Below, piece after piece: positions 38,610 to 50,350 of a DNA stretch of 64,000 bases. Source of the stretch: Candidatus Eiseniibacteriota bacterium (GTDB taxonomy: Bacteria; Eisenbacteria; RBG-16-71-46; CAZEPH01); NCBI GenBank assembly GCA_044229145.1, contig JBGATO010000001.1, forward strand, positions 97,210 through 161,209, given 5' to 3'. Each line of letters opens with the position of its first letter. The first letter of the stretch is position 1. The notes under the pieces are model-generated. The model did not search any database. It was given only the letters and a program-made list of their open reading frames with translations, and was not told the DNA's origin. Both the position numbers and the translations under genes were made by a program.

Positions 38610-40280
38610 CTAGTGTCCTGCCTCGTGGGCCGCGTGAGGGTCGGTGGGCGCAGCGGACTCGCTGGGCGTCGGAGGCGTCGCTGCATCGGCGGGCAACGGC
38701 GTGGCAGCCGCCTCGGCGGGAGCGGCCTGCGGCGTGCCGGGCTCCGCCTGGCCGACGGTCGCGGCCGGCATCTGTTCGCTGCGCACCGCAGCAAGCAGGC
38801 CCTCGACGCTCGGTTCGATCCGCTTGGTCATGGCCGGCGAGAACACGCCGATCCACACCATCCCGGCGAACACCGGCAGCAGGATCAGCACCTCGCGCAG
38901 ATTCAGGTCGCGGAGCTTCTTGTTCGCCTCGTGCGTCACCTGGCCGTAGAAGACCCGCTGGTACATCCACAGCATGTACACGGCGCCCAGGATCACGCCG
39001 GTGGCTGCCAGCGTCCCCCACACCCAGTTGGCGCGGAAGGCGCCGAGCAGGATGAGGAACTCGCCGACGAATCCATTGAGACCCGGCACGCCGACCGACG
39101 ACAGCATGGTGATCATGAAGAAGGTGGCGAACACCGGCAGCACGTGCGCCAGCCCGCCGAAATCGGCTATCTGCCGCGTGTGCCGCCGCTCGTAGATCAT
39201 CCCGATGAGAAGGAACAGCGCGCCGGTGGACAGCCCATGATTCACCGCCTGCACCAGGCTACCCGTGACGCCCTGCATGTTGAGCGCGAAGATACCGAGC
39301 ACGCAGAACCCCAGGTGGCTCACCGACGAATACGCCACCAGCTTCTTGACGTCCTTCTGCATCAGAGAAACGAGCGCGCCGTACACGATGCCGATGAGCG
39401 CCAGCGTCACCATGATCGGCGCCGCCTTGATCGCCACCGCCGGGAACAGCGGCAGGCAGAAGCGTAGGAAGCCGAACACGCCCATCTTCAGGAGCACACC
39501 GGCCAGGATCACCGAGCCCGCCGTCGGCGCCTCGACGTGCGCGTCGGGCAGCCAGGTGTGGAACGGGAACATCGGCACCTTGATCGCGAACGCCAGCGCG
39601 AACGCCGAGAACATCAGCGCCTGCGCGCCCGGCGACAGCGGCGTGTGCATCAACTCGAGCAACCCGAACGTCAGCGTGCCGGTGTGCTGGTAGCCCTGGA
39701 GCACGAGCACCAGAATCGCCACCAACATGAGCACGCTGCCGAACATCGTATAGAGGACGAACTTCACCGTCGCGTACAGGCGCCGCGCCCCGCCCCAGAT
39801 TCCGATGAGCAGGTACATCGGAATCAGCATCGCCTCCCAGAAGAAATAGAACAGCAGGAGGTCGAGGCTGACGAACACGCCGATCATCGCCGTTTCGAGC
39901 ACCAACAGCGCGATGACGTATTCCTTGATGCGGTGCTCCACCGACGTCCACGACGACAACAGCGCGAGCGGCGTGATGAACGTGGTGAGCAACACCAGGA
40001 ACAGGCTGATGCCGTCGACGCCGATGTGATACCGCGCGCCGAGCGTCGGGATCCACGCGAGATCCTCGACGTACTGGTACGACGCCGTCCCGAGCGGGAA
40101 GTGCGTGTAGACCGGGATCGAGATCAGCGCGGTCGCGAGCGAAATGGCGAACGCGGCGTAGTGGTGGATCTTTCCGAGCGACTTCGGCAGGAACAACAGC
40201 ACCACCGCGCCGAGCGCCGGCAGCCACGTGACGGCGGTCAAGAGCGGGATGCCGAAGATGGTCACCATGTCGGTGCTCAC
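38610..40280 (-). CDS. nuoM: NADH-quinone oxidoreductase subunit M
   Basis: GVDGISL, FWEAMLIPMY, PFHTWLPDAHVEAPTAGSV, KKLVAYSSVSH; GAGGAG RBS before GTG. Confidence 0.95.
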   Translation of the reverse strand: MSTDMVTIFGIPLLTAVTWLPALGAVVLLFLPKSLGKIHHYAAFAISLATALISIPVYTHFPLGTASYQYVEDLAWIPTLGARYHIGVDGISLFLVLLTTFITPLALLSSWTSVEHRIKEYVIALLVLETAMIGVFVSLDLLLFYFFWEAMLIPMYLLIGIWGGARRLYATVKFVLYTMFGSVLMLVAILVLVLQGYQHTGTLTFGLLELMHTPLSPGAQALMFSAFALAFAIKVPMFPFHTWLPDAHVEAPTAGSVILAGVLLKMGVFGFLRFCLPLFPAVAIKAAPIMVTLALIGIVYGALVSLMQKDVKKLVAYSSVSHLGFCVLGIFALNMQGVTGSLVQAVNHGLSTGALFLLIGMIYERRHTRQIADFGGLAHVLPVFATFFMITMLSSVGVPGLNGFVGEFLILLGAFRANWVWGTLAATGVILGAVYMLWMYQRVFYGQVTHEANKKLRDLNLREVLILLPVFAGMVWIGVFSPAMTKRIEPSVEGLLAAVRSEQMPAATVGQAEPGTPQAAPAEAAATPLPADAATPPTPSESAAPTDPHAAHEAGH

Positions 40281-40296
40281 GTCTCTCCTCTCAGCT

Positions 40297-42249
<1,953 letters not shown>

Positions 42250-42253
42250 GCGG

Positions 42254-42559
42254 CTATCCCTTCATGATGTTGAGGCGGTCGAGGTCGAGGTGATCGACCA
42301 CACGGAACACGGCGAGCACGATGGCGAGTCCGACCGCCGCTTCCGCCGCGGCCACCACCATGACGATCACCACCATGACCTGGCCGTCGAACGAGCCGAG
42401 GTAGCGGCCGAACGCGACCAGCAGGATGTTGGCGGCGTTGAGCATCAGCTCCACCGACATCATCACGATGATCGCGTTGCGCCGCGCCGCCACGCCGAAC
42501 ACGCCGATGCCGAAGAGGATCGACGCCAGCGCGACGTAGTGCGAGAGCTGAACCGGCAT
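42254..42559 (-). CDS. nuoK: NADH-quinone oxidoreductase subunit K
   Basis: RRNAI, SVELMLNA, VAAAEAAVGLAI. Confidence 0.95.
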   Translation of the reverse strand: MPVQLSHYVALASILFGIGVFGVAARRNAIIVMMSVELMLNAANILLVAFGRYLGSFDGQVMVVIVMVVAAAEAAVGLAIVLAVFRVVDHLDLDRLNIMKG

Positions 42560-43140
42560 CAGGCCTCCCCTTCCGTGCGGGCCGCCGGGCGCGTCACGAC
42601 TTCAGCACCCTCCGGCACGGTCGCCGCGCGCGGCAGCTTCGCCTGCTTCGCCAGCACCACCGCGCCGATCACCGCGACGAACAGCAGGATCGACGTCGCC
42701 TCGAAGACGAACAGGTAGCGCGTGTAGAGCAACTGCCCGATGGTCTGGATGCTGCCGACCGGCGGCTCCTTCATCGTCGGTTCGAACGACGGAATGGTCG
42801 ACGCCAGCTTCCACACGAACAGCAGGCCGGTGCCGGCGGCAAGCAAGTAGGCGAAGATCGCCATCGGGCCGGTGCGCAGGCCGTCGGTCCGCCGCAAGTT
42901 GAGCAGCATGACGACGAACAGGAACAGCACCAGGATGGCGCCGGCGTAGACCAAGATCTGCGTGATCGCCAGGAACTCGGCGCCGAGCAGCAGGAAGACG
43001 AGCGAAGTGGCGAAGAAGTTGAGCACCAGGAAGAGCACGGAATACACCGGGCTCTTGCTCGACACCACCGCGACCGCCGATCCCACACCGACCACCGCGG
43101 CGATCCACCACAACACGCTCACCACGTCGAGATGAGCCAT
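42559..43140 (-). CDS. nuoJ: NADH-quinone oxidoreductase subunit J
   Basis: QILVYAGAILVLFLFVVMLLNL, FEATSILL. Confidence 0.95.
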   Translation of the reverse strand: MAHLDVVSVLWWIAAVVGVGSAVAVVSSKSPVYSVLFLVLNFFATSLVFLLLGAEFLAITQILVYAGAILVLFLFVVMLLNLRRTDGLRTGPMAIFAYLLAAGTGLLFVWKLASTIPSFEPTMKEPPVGSIQTIGQLLYTRYLFVFEATSILLFVAVIGAVVLAKQAKLPRAATVPEGAEVVTRPAARTEGEA

Positions 43141-44156
43141 CACTTGATCACCCACAGCTTGAGGGCCGCGACCGCCATGACATTCACCAGCGCCACCGGC
43201 AGCAGGAACTTCCATCCGAACTTCATCAGCTTGTCGTAGCGGAAACGGTGCCACGTCGCGCGGATCCAGATGAACACCAGCACGAACGCCGCGACCTTGA
43301 GCACGAACCACAGCACCGGCCACAGCCACGGCAACACCGGCAGCACCGGTCCGCTCCAGCCGCCCAGGAACAGCACGGTGGCGAGCGACGACATCGTCAG
43401 CATGTTGATGTATTCGGCCATGAAGAACATGGCGAATTTCATCGACGCATACTCGGTGTGGAAGCCGGCGATGAGTTCGGACTCGGCTTCCGGCAGGTCG
43501 AACGGCGCGCGGTTGATTTCCGCGAGCCCGCAGATGACGAACAAGATGAAGCCGACCGGGTTCTGCACGATGAACGGCAGCTTGGCCTGCGCTTCCACGA
43601 TGTCGTGCAAGCGCAGCGAGCCGCCCATCAAGAGCGCGCTGGCCACCGCGAGGCCCATCGGCAGTTCGTACGACAACATCTGCGACGAGGACCGCAGACC
43701 ACCCATGAGCCCGTACTTGTTGTTCGACGACCAGCCCGCGAACACGATGCCGTACACGCCGAGCGAGGTGATCGCCAGGATGTATAGAACGCCGACGTTG
43801 AGATCGGCAATGTGGAACTGGATCGGCTGGCTGAGGATCGGAATCGTGACTTCGGTGCCGAACGGGATCACCGCGAACGCCATCAGCGAGACGACGAAGG
43901 TGATCATCGGCGCCAGCGTGTAGAGCACCTTGTCCGACTCCGCCGGCACGAAGTCTTCCTTGAACGCCAGCTTCAAGCCGTCCGCCAGCGGCTGCAACAA
44001 CCCGAGCGGCCCGACACGGTTCGGCCCGACGCGCAGCTGCACGAAGGCGATGATCTTGCGCTCGAAGTACGTGATGTAGGCGAAGGCGGTGAGCAAGACG
44101 AAGACGACGAGCAGGCACTTCACGGCGGTGACGATCGCAAACTCAAGCACGGCCAC
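43140..44156 (-). CDS. nuoH: NADH-quinone oxidoreductase subunit H
   Basis: ERKI, GPNRVGPLGLLQPLADGLK, NRAPFDLPEAESEL, RFRYD. Confidence 0.96.
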   Translation of the reverse strand: MAVLEFAIVTAVKCLLVVFVLLTAFAYITYFERKIIAFVQLRVGPNRVGPLGLLQPLADGLKLAFKEDFVPAESDKVLYTLAPMITFVVSLMAFAVIPFGTEVTIPILSQPIQFHIADLNVGVLYILAITSLGVYGIVFAGWSSNNKYGLMGGLRSSSQMLSYELPMGLAVASALLMGGSLRLHDIVEAQAKLPFIVQNPVGFILFVICGLAEINRAPFDLPEAESELIAGFHTEYASMKFAMFFMAEYINMLTMSSLATVLFLGGWSGPVLPVLPWLWPVLWFVLKVAAFVLVFIWIRATWHRFRYDKLMKFGWKFLLPVALVNVMAVAALKLWVIK

Positions 44157-44664
44157 CTGCCTTTGCCCGGCACGCGGCGAGCAGCGCGTCCATCTTCTCC
44201 GGCGTGATGTTCTCGTGGTAGTCGAGATTCACCTGCACCGCTGGTGCGCCGCCGCACGCGGCGATGCACTCCACCTTCTCGACGGTGAACAACCCGTCCG
44301 CGGTGGTGCCGCCGAGTTCGCAGTTGAGCGTCTCCAGCGTGTGCTGGAGCAGCGGCCGCGCCCCGCGCAGGTGGCAGGCGATGTTGGTGCACACCTGCAC
44401 GACGTAGCGGCCGACCGGGCGCGTGTGCAGCAGCGTGTAGAACGAGGCGACGCCCACCACTTCCACCGGCTGGAGACCGAGCAGTTCGGCCACCTGTTCC
44501 ATCACCGAAGGAGCGAGCCACCCCGCGTCTTCCTGCGCCACGTAGAGTGACGGGATGAGCGCGGAGCGCGTCGACGGATAGCGGCCCTTGAGTTCGAGAA
44601 TCGCCGCGCGGGCCTTGTCGGACAGCGTGCGCGGCGTCGTGTCGGCTGGTGTCGTTACTCCCAC
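44143..44664 (-). CDS. nuoE: NADH-quinone oxidoreductase subunit E ([2Fe-2S])
   Basis: RSALIP, VASFYT, VCTNIAC, VECIAACGGAP; GTG overlaps end of nuoA. Confidence 0.92.
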   Translation of the reverse strand: MGVTTPADTTPRTLSDKARAAILELKGRYPSTRSALIPSLYVAQEDAGWLAPSVMEQVAELLGLQPVEVVGVASFYTLLHTRPVGRYVVQVCTNIACHLRGARPLLQHTLETLNCELGGTTADGLFTVEKVECIAACGGAPAVQVNLDYHENITPEKMDALLAACRAKAGGRA

Positions 44665-45011
44665 TCGAATGCGCCCCGGCGCCACAGGTAGAAGTACGCC
44701 ACGAAGAGCGTGGCGACGAAGATGACCATTTCGAGGAAGCCAAACAAACCGAGCTTCCCGTACGACACCGCCCACGGATAGAAGAACACCGTTTCGATGT
44801 CGAACACGATGAAGATCATCGCGGTGAGGTAGAACTTCACACTGAAGCGGTCGCGCGCGTTCCCCACCGCCGGCACGCCGCACTCGTAGGGCGCGAGCTT
44901 CGACCGGTTGGGACGGCGCGTGCCGACGAACCATGACACCGCCAGCAGCCCCGACACGACGACGATCGCGACGGCGAACATGATGGCGATGGGAATGTAA
45001 CTCTGGAGCAT
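44655..45011 (-). CDS. nuoA: NADH-quinone oxidoreductase subunit A
   Basis: KLAPYECG, FIVFDIETVFFYPWA, WRRGAFEWE. Confidence 0.96.
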   Translation of the reverse strand: MLQSYIPIAIMFAVAIVVVSGLLAVSWFVGTRRPNRSKLAPYECGVPAVGNARDRFSVKFYLTAMIFIVFDIETVFFYPWAVSYGKLGLFGFLEMVIFVATLFVAYFYLWRRGAFEWE

Positions 45012-45122
45012 CAGGCGGCGCTCACCACGAAGGTCCACGGCCGGCGCGCCCGCCCTCGTGGCGGAGCGCCCTCGCGCCGTCCCGCGGGACGGGACGCGAG
45101 CGGTATCGTCAACAGGCAGCGC

Positions 45123-45151
45123 ACTCTAGGGAGCGAGCGGGAGACTGTCAA
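45123..45151 (-). promoter_or_regulatory. Putative sigma70 promoter of the nuo operon
   Basis: TTGACA-17 nt-TAGAGT about 110 nt upstream of nuoA. Confidence 0.65.
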
Positions 45152-45203
45152 GGCGGAGGTGCCCCGAAGGTCAAAGGTGGACCGTCGGCGGACCTGGCCG
45201 GTC

Positions 45204-45970
45204 TCAGCGCGCGGTGCGGGCGCTCGGCCTCAGCAGCAGGCGGTCCGCCGCGAAGTCGTAGGGCGCGCCGTCGTAGTCGCCGTGCAGCGCCACCACGCGG
45301 CCTCCGGCGTCGCGACCAACTCGCATAGTTCGCCCGGCGTGTACACACGCACCGACAAGTCATGCGCTTCGACGGATTCGGAGTCGCGGCCGCGCGGCCG
45401 CCGCACGAACTCCCACCGCATCGACAGGCGCGATGCCGCGTGGTCGAACTGCTGGGTGTTGATCACTTCCCACCCACGCCGGCGTTGCGCCTCACGCGGC
45501 CGAAAATGCCGCGCCAAAAAATCGCGGCACAGTCCTTCGATCAGCACGCGCCCGCCGGGTTTCGCCGCTCGCAGCAGGCTTGCCACGGCGGCGCGCTCGT
45601 CCTCTGCCGCCGCGAAGAAGCCGAACGAGGAGTACACGTTGAGCACCGCATCGAAGTCGCCGTCCCACGGCAACTGGCGAAGGTCGGCGCGCAGGAAATC
45701 CGCCGCGAGGTCCGCGGCAGCCGCGCGCCGCTGCGCCTCCGCGACGAGCGGGGCCGAGAGATCCGTGCCGGTCACCGCGTAGCCGCGCTGCGCGAGCGGA
45801 ACGCTGAGACGTCCCCAACCACAAGGCGCGTCGAGCACCCGCGCACCCGGCGAGACCCCGAGCAATGCCACCAACGCCTCGGCTTCCCCGCCGGCATCGG
45901 ACGCATCGGCCGTATCCCACGACAGCCACGCCCCCTCGAAGACGCGGGTGAACCACGCGGCGTCGCTCAC
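45204..45970 (-). CDS. Class I SAM-dependent methyltransferase; apparent frameshift near 45310, true end uncertain
   Basis: RVLDAPCGWGR, GTDLS, FDAVLNVYSSFGFF, KPGG; alternate frame continues ALHGDYDGAPY. Confidence 0.85.
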
Positions 45971-46485
45971 GCCTCGCGGTCTTCGATCCGGCGTGTCTCG
46001 AGCCGGCGCGCGCGCTCGGCGCGCCGCGTTTCCGCCCGCGTCCAGCGGCGGCGGTCGTCGTCAGTCTCCAAGATCAGCGGCGGCACCGAGGTCGGCTTGC
46101 CGTAGGCATCGAGCGCGACGAATGTCACGTATGCGGTCGTGGTCACCGTGGTATCGCCGGTCAGCGGCGTTTCGGCCGACACCTTCACCTCGATCTCCAT
46201 CGACGTCCGGCCGACGAAGGTGAGGCGCGCGCTATAGGTGACGAAATCGCCGATGCGGATCGGGTGGTGGAAGTAGAGGTCGTCCATCGACGCGGTGACG
46301 CATTCGCGGCGTGCGTGCTTGACCGCGCACATCGCCGCCACCAGGTCGATCTCGTGCATGATGTGCCCTCCGAGGACGAATCCGCGCGGATTCGCGTCGT
46401 AGGGCAGCGTGATGTGCGTCATTTCGACGGCGGATTCGCGCGGCGATTTCCCCGCGGGCTCTCCGTGCGTGTCGTGTTCGGCCAC
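45967..46485 (-). CDS. Acyl-CoA thioesterase (hotdog fold)
   Basis: DANPRG, GGHIM, VTASMD, GRTSMEIEV, TFVALD; GGAGG RBS before GTG. Confidence 0.9.
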   Translation of the reverse strand: MAEHDTHGEPAGKSPRESAVEMTHITLPYDANPRGFVLGGHIMHEIDLVAAMCAVKHARRECVTASMDDLYFHHPIRIGDFVTYSARLTFVGRTSMEIEVKVSAETPLTGDTTVTTTAYVTFVALDAYGKPTSVPPLILETDDDRRRWTRAETRRAERARRLETRRIEDREA

Positions 46486-46507
46486 CGATCCTCCAGGAGC
46501 ACTGCGC

Positions 46508-47044
46508 TCAGAAGCGGCAGGCCACTCCGAGCGTCCATCCCTCGCCGCTCTGGGCGAGCGCGCCCACCTGCCAGCGCGCGAGTGCCGCCGTCGCCGGCGC
46601 ACACCGCGCGCGGACCGCCGTGGGCGCCGCGAGTATGTCGTAGAGCCACGATCCGAAAAAGAGCCCGGCCCCGACGCCGTACACAATGGCCCCGCCATGG
46701 GTGTCGTCGCCGCGATCGGCGCCGCGGGCGTGGGAGGTGAACATTGCCGCGTAACCGGCCGCTTCGCTCAGGGCGAGCCAGCGCGCGGTTCGCACGTCGC
46801 CCGCATACAGGTGCCCCGCCCCGTGCACGATCGCGCCCGGGACGATCGCGATGGCGAGCGCGGCGGCGGGCGTGCGGCAGGTCCGGACACTGTCCGCCTC
46901 GACGGTGGCTGACGGAACCGCGTTCGCAGCCGCAGCAAGCCACGGCACCAGGACGAACACGACAGGCAGGAAGCCGCGGCAGACGAGGGCGCGGCACACA
47001 CGAAGCGGGCGCCACCCAGGAAGCATGGCGCGGAGGGCGCTCAC
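46508..47044 (-). CDS. Hypothetical membrane protein
   Basis: Hydrophobic segments, VPGAIVHGAGHLYAG; GTGA overlap with csrA stop. Confidence 0.6.
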   Translation of the reverse strand: MSALRAMLPGWRPLRVCRALVCRGFLPVVFVLVPWLAAAANAVPSATVEADSVRTCRTPAAALAIAIVPGAIVHGAGHLYAGDVRTARWLALSEAAGYAAMFTSHARGADRGDDTHGGAIVYGVGAGLFFGSWLYDILAAPTAVRARCAPATAALARWQVGALAQSGEGWTLGVACRF

Positions 47045-47226
47045 GCGCCGGGGGCGTCGTGGCGGCGCATGAATTTCTCGTAGATCTCTTCGCGGCAGAC
47101 GACCACGTCGCGAGGTGCGTCGATCGCCAGCTTGACTTGCTTGCCCTTGATCTCGGTGACGGTAATGCGGATCTGCTGCTCACCGATGATCACGCTCTCG
47201 CCGAGTTTTCGCGTCAAGATCAACAT
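47041..47226 (-). CDS. csrA: Carbon storage regulator CsrA/RsmA
   Basis: MLILTRKLGESVIIG...QVKLAIDAPRDVVVCREEIY. Confidence 0.95.
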   Translation of the reverse strand: MLILTRKLGESVIIGEQQIRITVTEIKGKQVKLAIDAPRDVVVCREEIYEKFMRRHDAPGA

Positions 47227-47405
47227 CTGGTCACGTGCCTCTCCATGGACGAGACGCAGCCCGGGGTCGCCGCGGTCGATCTGGAATCGGAGGGAGATTG
47301 CGCAGGCCGCGCTCGTACATGAGCGCCGGCACCGGTGAGGGAACCCGTTCCAGCTCGTAGGCCGACGGGTGGGAGCAGGACGGCCTTTCAGGGCTGTGCC
47401 GGGCA

Positions 47406-47435
47406 ATCGTACGCCCCGGGCAAGCGGAGGGTCAA
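47406..47435 (-). promoter_or_regulatory. Putative sigma70 promoter for csrA
   Basis: TTGACC-18 nt-TACGAT. Confidence 0.6.
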
Positions 47436-47495
47436 CCTCTCGCCCGGGGCGCCGAAAGTCACGGCAGAGCTACTGCGGGAGTCCCGCTGGCCAGC

Positions 47496-48182
47496 TCAAC
47501 GGTGGCCGCGCGGGCCTCCGCCACCGCCCATCGGCGGGCCGCCGCCCGGAGGTCCGCCGGGCCGTCCGCCCATGCCACCGGGGCCCAGCGGCCGGGGTCC
47601 GTCCCCCATGCCCTTCATGCCGCGATCCCCCGAGAATCGGCGCATGCGGGCTTCTTCCGCCATCTGATGCATCTCGCGGAGAAACTTCTCACGCGACACC
47701 AGGTATTGGGCCCGCTGGCGCGCCGACAGCACCGCCATGACGCTGTCCTCGAGATCCATGACCGCGCGCTGGCGCGCCACCTCGGTGTCACGGATCTGGC
47801 CGACCAGCGCATCCAGCTCGTCACTGGAACCCTTGTCCACGCTCGAGCGCAGCTTCTTCATGAGCTTCATGCGGTCGCGGCGGAGCTGGCTCTGCGCCTC
47901 GCCGAGCTTCCGCAAGCGCGGAAACACCCGTGCCGCGTCGGCATCGGTCAGCTGCAGATCCTGCGTCATCCGCCACATCTGGAAGTCGAGGATCTGCTTG
48001 TCCGGCAGCGGCGGCCCATCGGGACCGTCGTCACCCGGATCGTCTGGACGCCCCAGCGCCGGAGGAGCGGGCGGCGGGTCGTCGTCCGCGCAGGCCGGAG
48101 CCATTGCTCCCAGGCTTGCGAGCACGACGACCGCAGCACACGCCACGCCGCGCGCGAGACTCGCGCGTACGTACCGTTTCAT
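47496..48182 (-). CDS. Secreted helical protein, Spy/CpxP-like
   Basis: Signal peptide; LQLTD, VLSARQRAQY; Gly/Pro-rich tail; third gene of the ECF operon. Confidence 0.7.
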   Translation of the reverse strand: MKRYVRASLARGVACAAVVVLASLGAMAPACADDDPPPAPPALGRPDDPGDDGPDGPPLPDKQILDFQMWRMTQDLQLTDADAARVFPRLRKLGEAQSQLRRDRMKLMKKLRSSVDKGSSDELDALVGQIRDTEVARQRAVMDLEDSVMAVLSARQRAQYLVSREKFLREMHQMAEEARMRRFSGDRGMKGMGDGPRPLGPGGMGGRPGGPPGGGPPMGGGGGPRGHR

Positions 48183-48184
48183 CG

Positions 48185-48958
48185 TTACGACCCTCCCATC
48201 TTCTTCGCGAGCTCGGCGGCGAGCCACGCCTGTTGGTCGGCGGTGAGATCCGACACCTCACTCCACGGATCGTCGGAGGACATCGCCTCGTCGCTGGTGG
48301 TCTCCGTGGTCGTGCCACTCAGAACCGCCGACCGCAGGGTGGCCTGCGCGAGGTCGCCCACTTGGGTCATCGTGCTGTCGTCCCAGGCGGCCCAGTCGGT
48401 GGTCCAGGTGTCGTTCGCGCTCGTCGCGGCGGACGACGCACGGGGCCGCGCCACCGGCACACTCGCCACCGTCGCCGGCGCCCGTTGCGGCGCGCTGTCC
48501 GGCGCGACCTCCGGGGTCACCGCCGGCACTTGCTCCGCCACCGGCGCGGGGGGCGCGGTCGGCGCGTGCGGCGCACGGGCGATCCACACACCCGCCAGAA
48601 TCGCCACGGCGACGCCGCCGGCCAGTGCCGGCCGCCAAACCGACGGCAGGACGAACCAGTCGCGGAGACGTTGCCACCACGCGGGCGACGCGGCGGCGGC
48701 CTGCGCCGGCTGGTCCTGCGGCGTCGTCCGGATCGCTGCGAGAATCGAGGCTTCGAGCTCTGCCGGCGGCGCCGGCACGGTCAGTCGCGCGTCCTGCGCG
48801 GCGAGGTGCAAGATCGCGGCCCACTCGTCGCCCCGTGCGGCGCAGGCGGAGCAGGCACGCAGATGCGCGACCTCAGGCGAGTGCAGGCCAGCGTCCGCGT
48901 CAAGCATGGCACTGACCAACGACTCGTCGTCGAGGCACAGGGGCTGGCGCGCGTTCAT
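48185..48958 (-). CDS. Zinc-binding (ZAS) transmembrane anti-sigma factor
   Basis: HLRACSAC (Hx3Cx2C), one TM helix; ATGA overlap with sigma gene. Confidence 0.8.
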   Translation of the reverse strand: MNARQPLCLDDESLVSAMLDADAGLHSPEVAHLRACSACAARGDEWAAILHLAAQDARLTVPAPPAELEASILAAIRTTPQDQPAQAAAASPAWWQRLRDWFVLPSVWRPALAGGVAVAILAGVWIARAPHAPTAPPAPVAEQVPAVTPEVAPDSAPQRAPATVASVPVARPRASSAATSANDTWTTDWAAWDDSTMTQVGDLAQATLRSAVLSGTTTETTSDEAMSSDDPWSEVSDLTADQQAWLAAELAKKMGGS

Positions 48959-49533
48959 AGGGCTTCCTCCACATCGGCCGCCGGAGCACCGACGAGATCG
49001 GCGAGGTCTCCGAGCGCCGTGCGCAGCTTGCGAATCGCGTGGAAGGCACTGGCTTTCACCGCGCCTTCGCTGCACCCCAAGCGCTCGGCGGTTTCCTTCA
49101 CCGAGAGATCCTCCTGGAACCGTAGGATAAACGTCGAGCGTTGCACCGGCGGCAGACCGTCGATGGCCTCGGCGACCCGGCGGCCGAGCGCGACGCCGCC
49201 TCCAAGACCGGCGTCGGCAGGTGCGGAGACCTCGCCGATGTCGTCGAGAGAGGGCGCGCCACGCAGCCTGTCGCGCTGCGCGCGGTTGAGGGCCAAATTG
49301 GTGATGATGCGGACCAGCCAGGTGCCGAACTGCGAGCGGCCCTCGAAACCCGGAAGCGCCTTCCAGGCCCGGACGAACCCGTCCTGGACCACATCGCGGG
49401 CGTCCTCGCGATCCCGCAGGATGCGATACGCCACCGCGTGCGCTCTGTCCAGGTGCCGCCGCACCAGTTCGCCGAAGGCCACTTCATCGCCCTCCTGCGC
49501 CCGGGCGACGAGGTCCGCGTCGCTCTCAGTCAT
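48955..49533 (-). CDS. ECF RNA polymerase sigma factor
   Basis: AFGELV, DARDVVQDGF, FGTWLVRI, ETAERLGCSEGAVK. Confidence 0.93.
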   Translation of the reverse strand: MTESDADLVARAQEGDEVAFGELVRRHLDRAHAVAYRILRDREDARDVVQDGFVRAWKALPGFEGRSQFGTWLVRIITNLALNRAQRDRLRGAPSLDDIGEVSAPADAGLGGGVALGRRVAEAIDGLPPVQRSTFILRFQEDLSVKETAERLGCSEGAVKASAFHAIRKLRTALGDLADLVGAPAADVEEAL

Positions 49534-49609
49534 GAAGGTCCCCGTCCGTCCGGCGGTCAGACACTCCGACGCGGACTCGGGTTGAACCCTTGTGCCGGGA
49601 TGCGCACCA

Positions 49610-50350
49610 TCACGCGGTCCACCCGTGCGCGGCGGCCAGCCGGCGCCGGCCGCGCCCGCGCATTGCGTGGAAGAGGCCGAGCGCGGGCCCCACGCTCATG
49701 TACGTCCAACCCGCCAGTCCGCTGACCGGATCCGGAAGCGCCGCGGCCAGGATCATGGACACCCCGGCGACCACCACCTGGACCAGCGCGGCGCCAATCG
49801 AGGTCCGGGTCTGGTAGCGCTCGACGGGATCGAGTTCGAGCGCGTCGGCCTGCCGGTGCGCGTGCAGATACAGAAGGGCGATCACGCCGTACACCGCCGC
49901 GTACCCGGCGCCGTAGAGCAGCATCATCGACCGTGCTTGGGAGCCGAGGAGCATCGGTTCGTGATGTCCGTCGATGAGCACCGAGAGGTCGCCGCCGGTG
50001 ATCACCAGCACGAGATAGTTGAACAAGAATTTGAGCGGGTAGACGAAGAGAAGCGTCACGAACAGCAGCATCGAGTTGTAGACGATGGTCGGCACGTCGT
50101 GCAGGCCGTAGCGGCGGAAGTAGCGGTATTGCTCGTACCACAACAGCACGAGCATGGTGAAGCAGATGCCGAAAGCGACAAACCCGCGCAACGATTCCTG
50201 CAGCTCCGTGAACGTCTTCGGCACTTCCAGCGAGACCACGAGCAAGGTGACGGCGAAGGCGAACACCGCATCGCTGAACGCTTCGAAGCGCAGGATCTCT
50301 TCGCCGCGGGTGCGGAAACGCCACGGGGTCGCGGCAGCGGGCCGGCTCAT
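49610..50350 (-). CDS. TMEM175 family (DUF1211) potassium channel-like protein
   Basis: RFEAFSDAVFAFAVTLLV; multiple TM segments. Confidence 0.88.
   Translation of the reverse strand: MSRPAAATPWRFRTRGEEILRFEAFSDAVFAFAVTLLVVSLEVPKTFTELQESLRGFVAFGICFTMLVLLWYEQYRYFRRYGLHDVPTIVYNSMLLFVTLLFVYPLKFLFNYLVLVITGGDLSVLIDGHHEPMLLGSQARSMMLLYGAGYAAVYGVIALLYLHAHRQADALELDPVERYQTRTSIGAALVQVVVAGVSMILAAALPDPVSGLAGWTYMSVGPALGLFHAMRGRGRRRLAAAHGWTA

Noticed and set aside
45225..45240. Methyltransferase ORF ending CC-TGA as a possible second selenoprotein
   Set aside because: The family-like C-terminus (LHGDYDGAPY) is in another frame, so this end is a frameshift artefact; no SECIS-like support
47326..47402. c-di-GMP-I riboswitch assignment for the csrA leader
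   Set aside because: GAAA loop and GGCCTACG are reminiscent, but the conserved GCAAA/GCAC junction pattern is not matched; left unassigned
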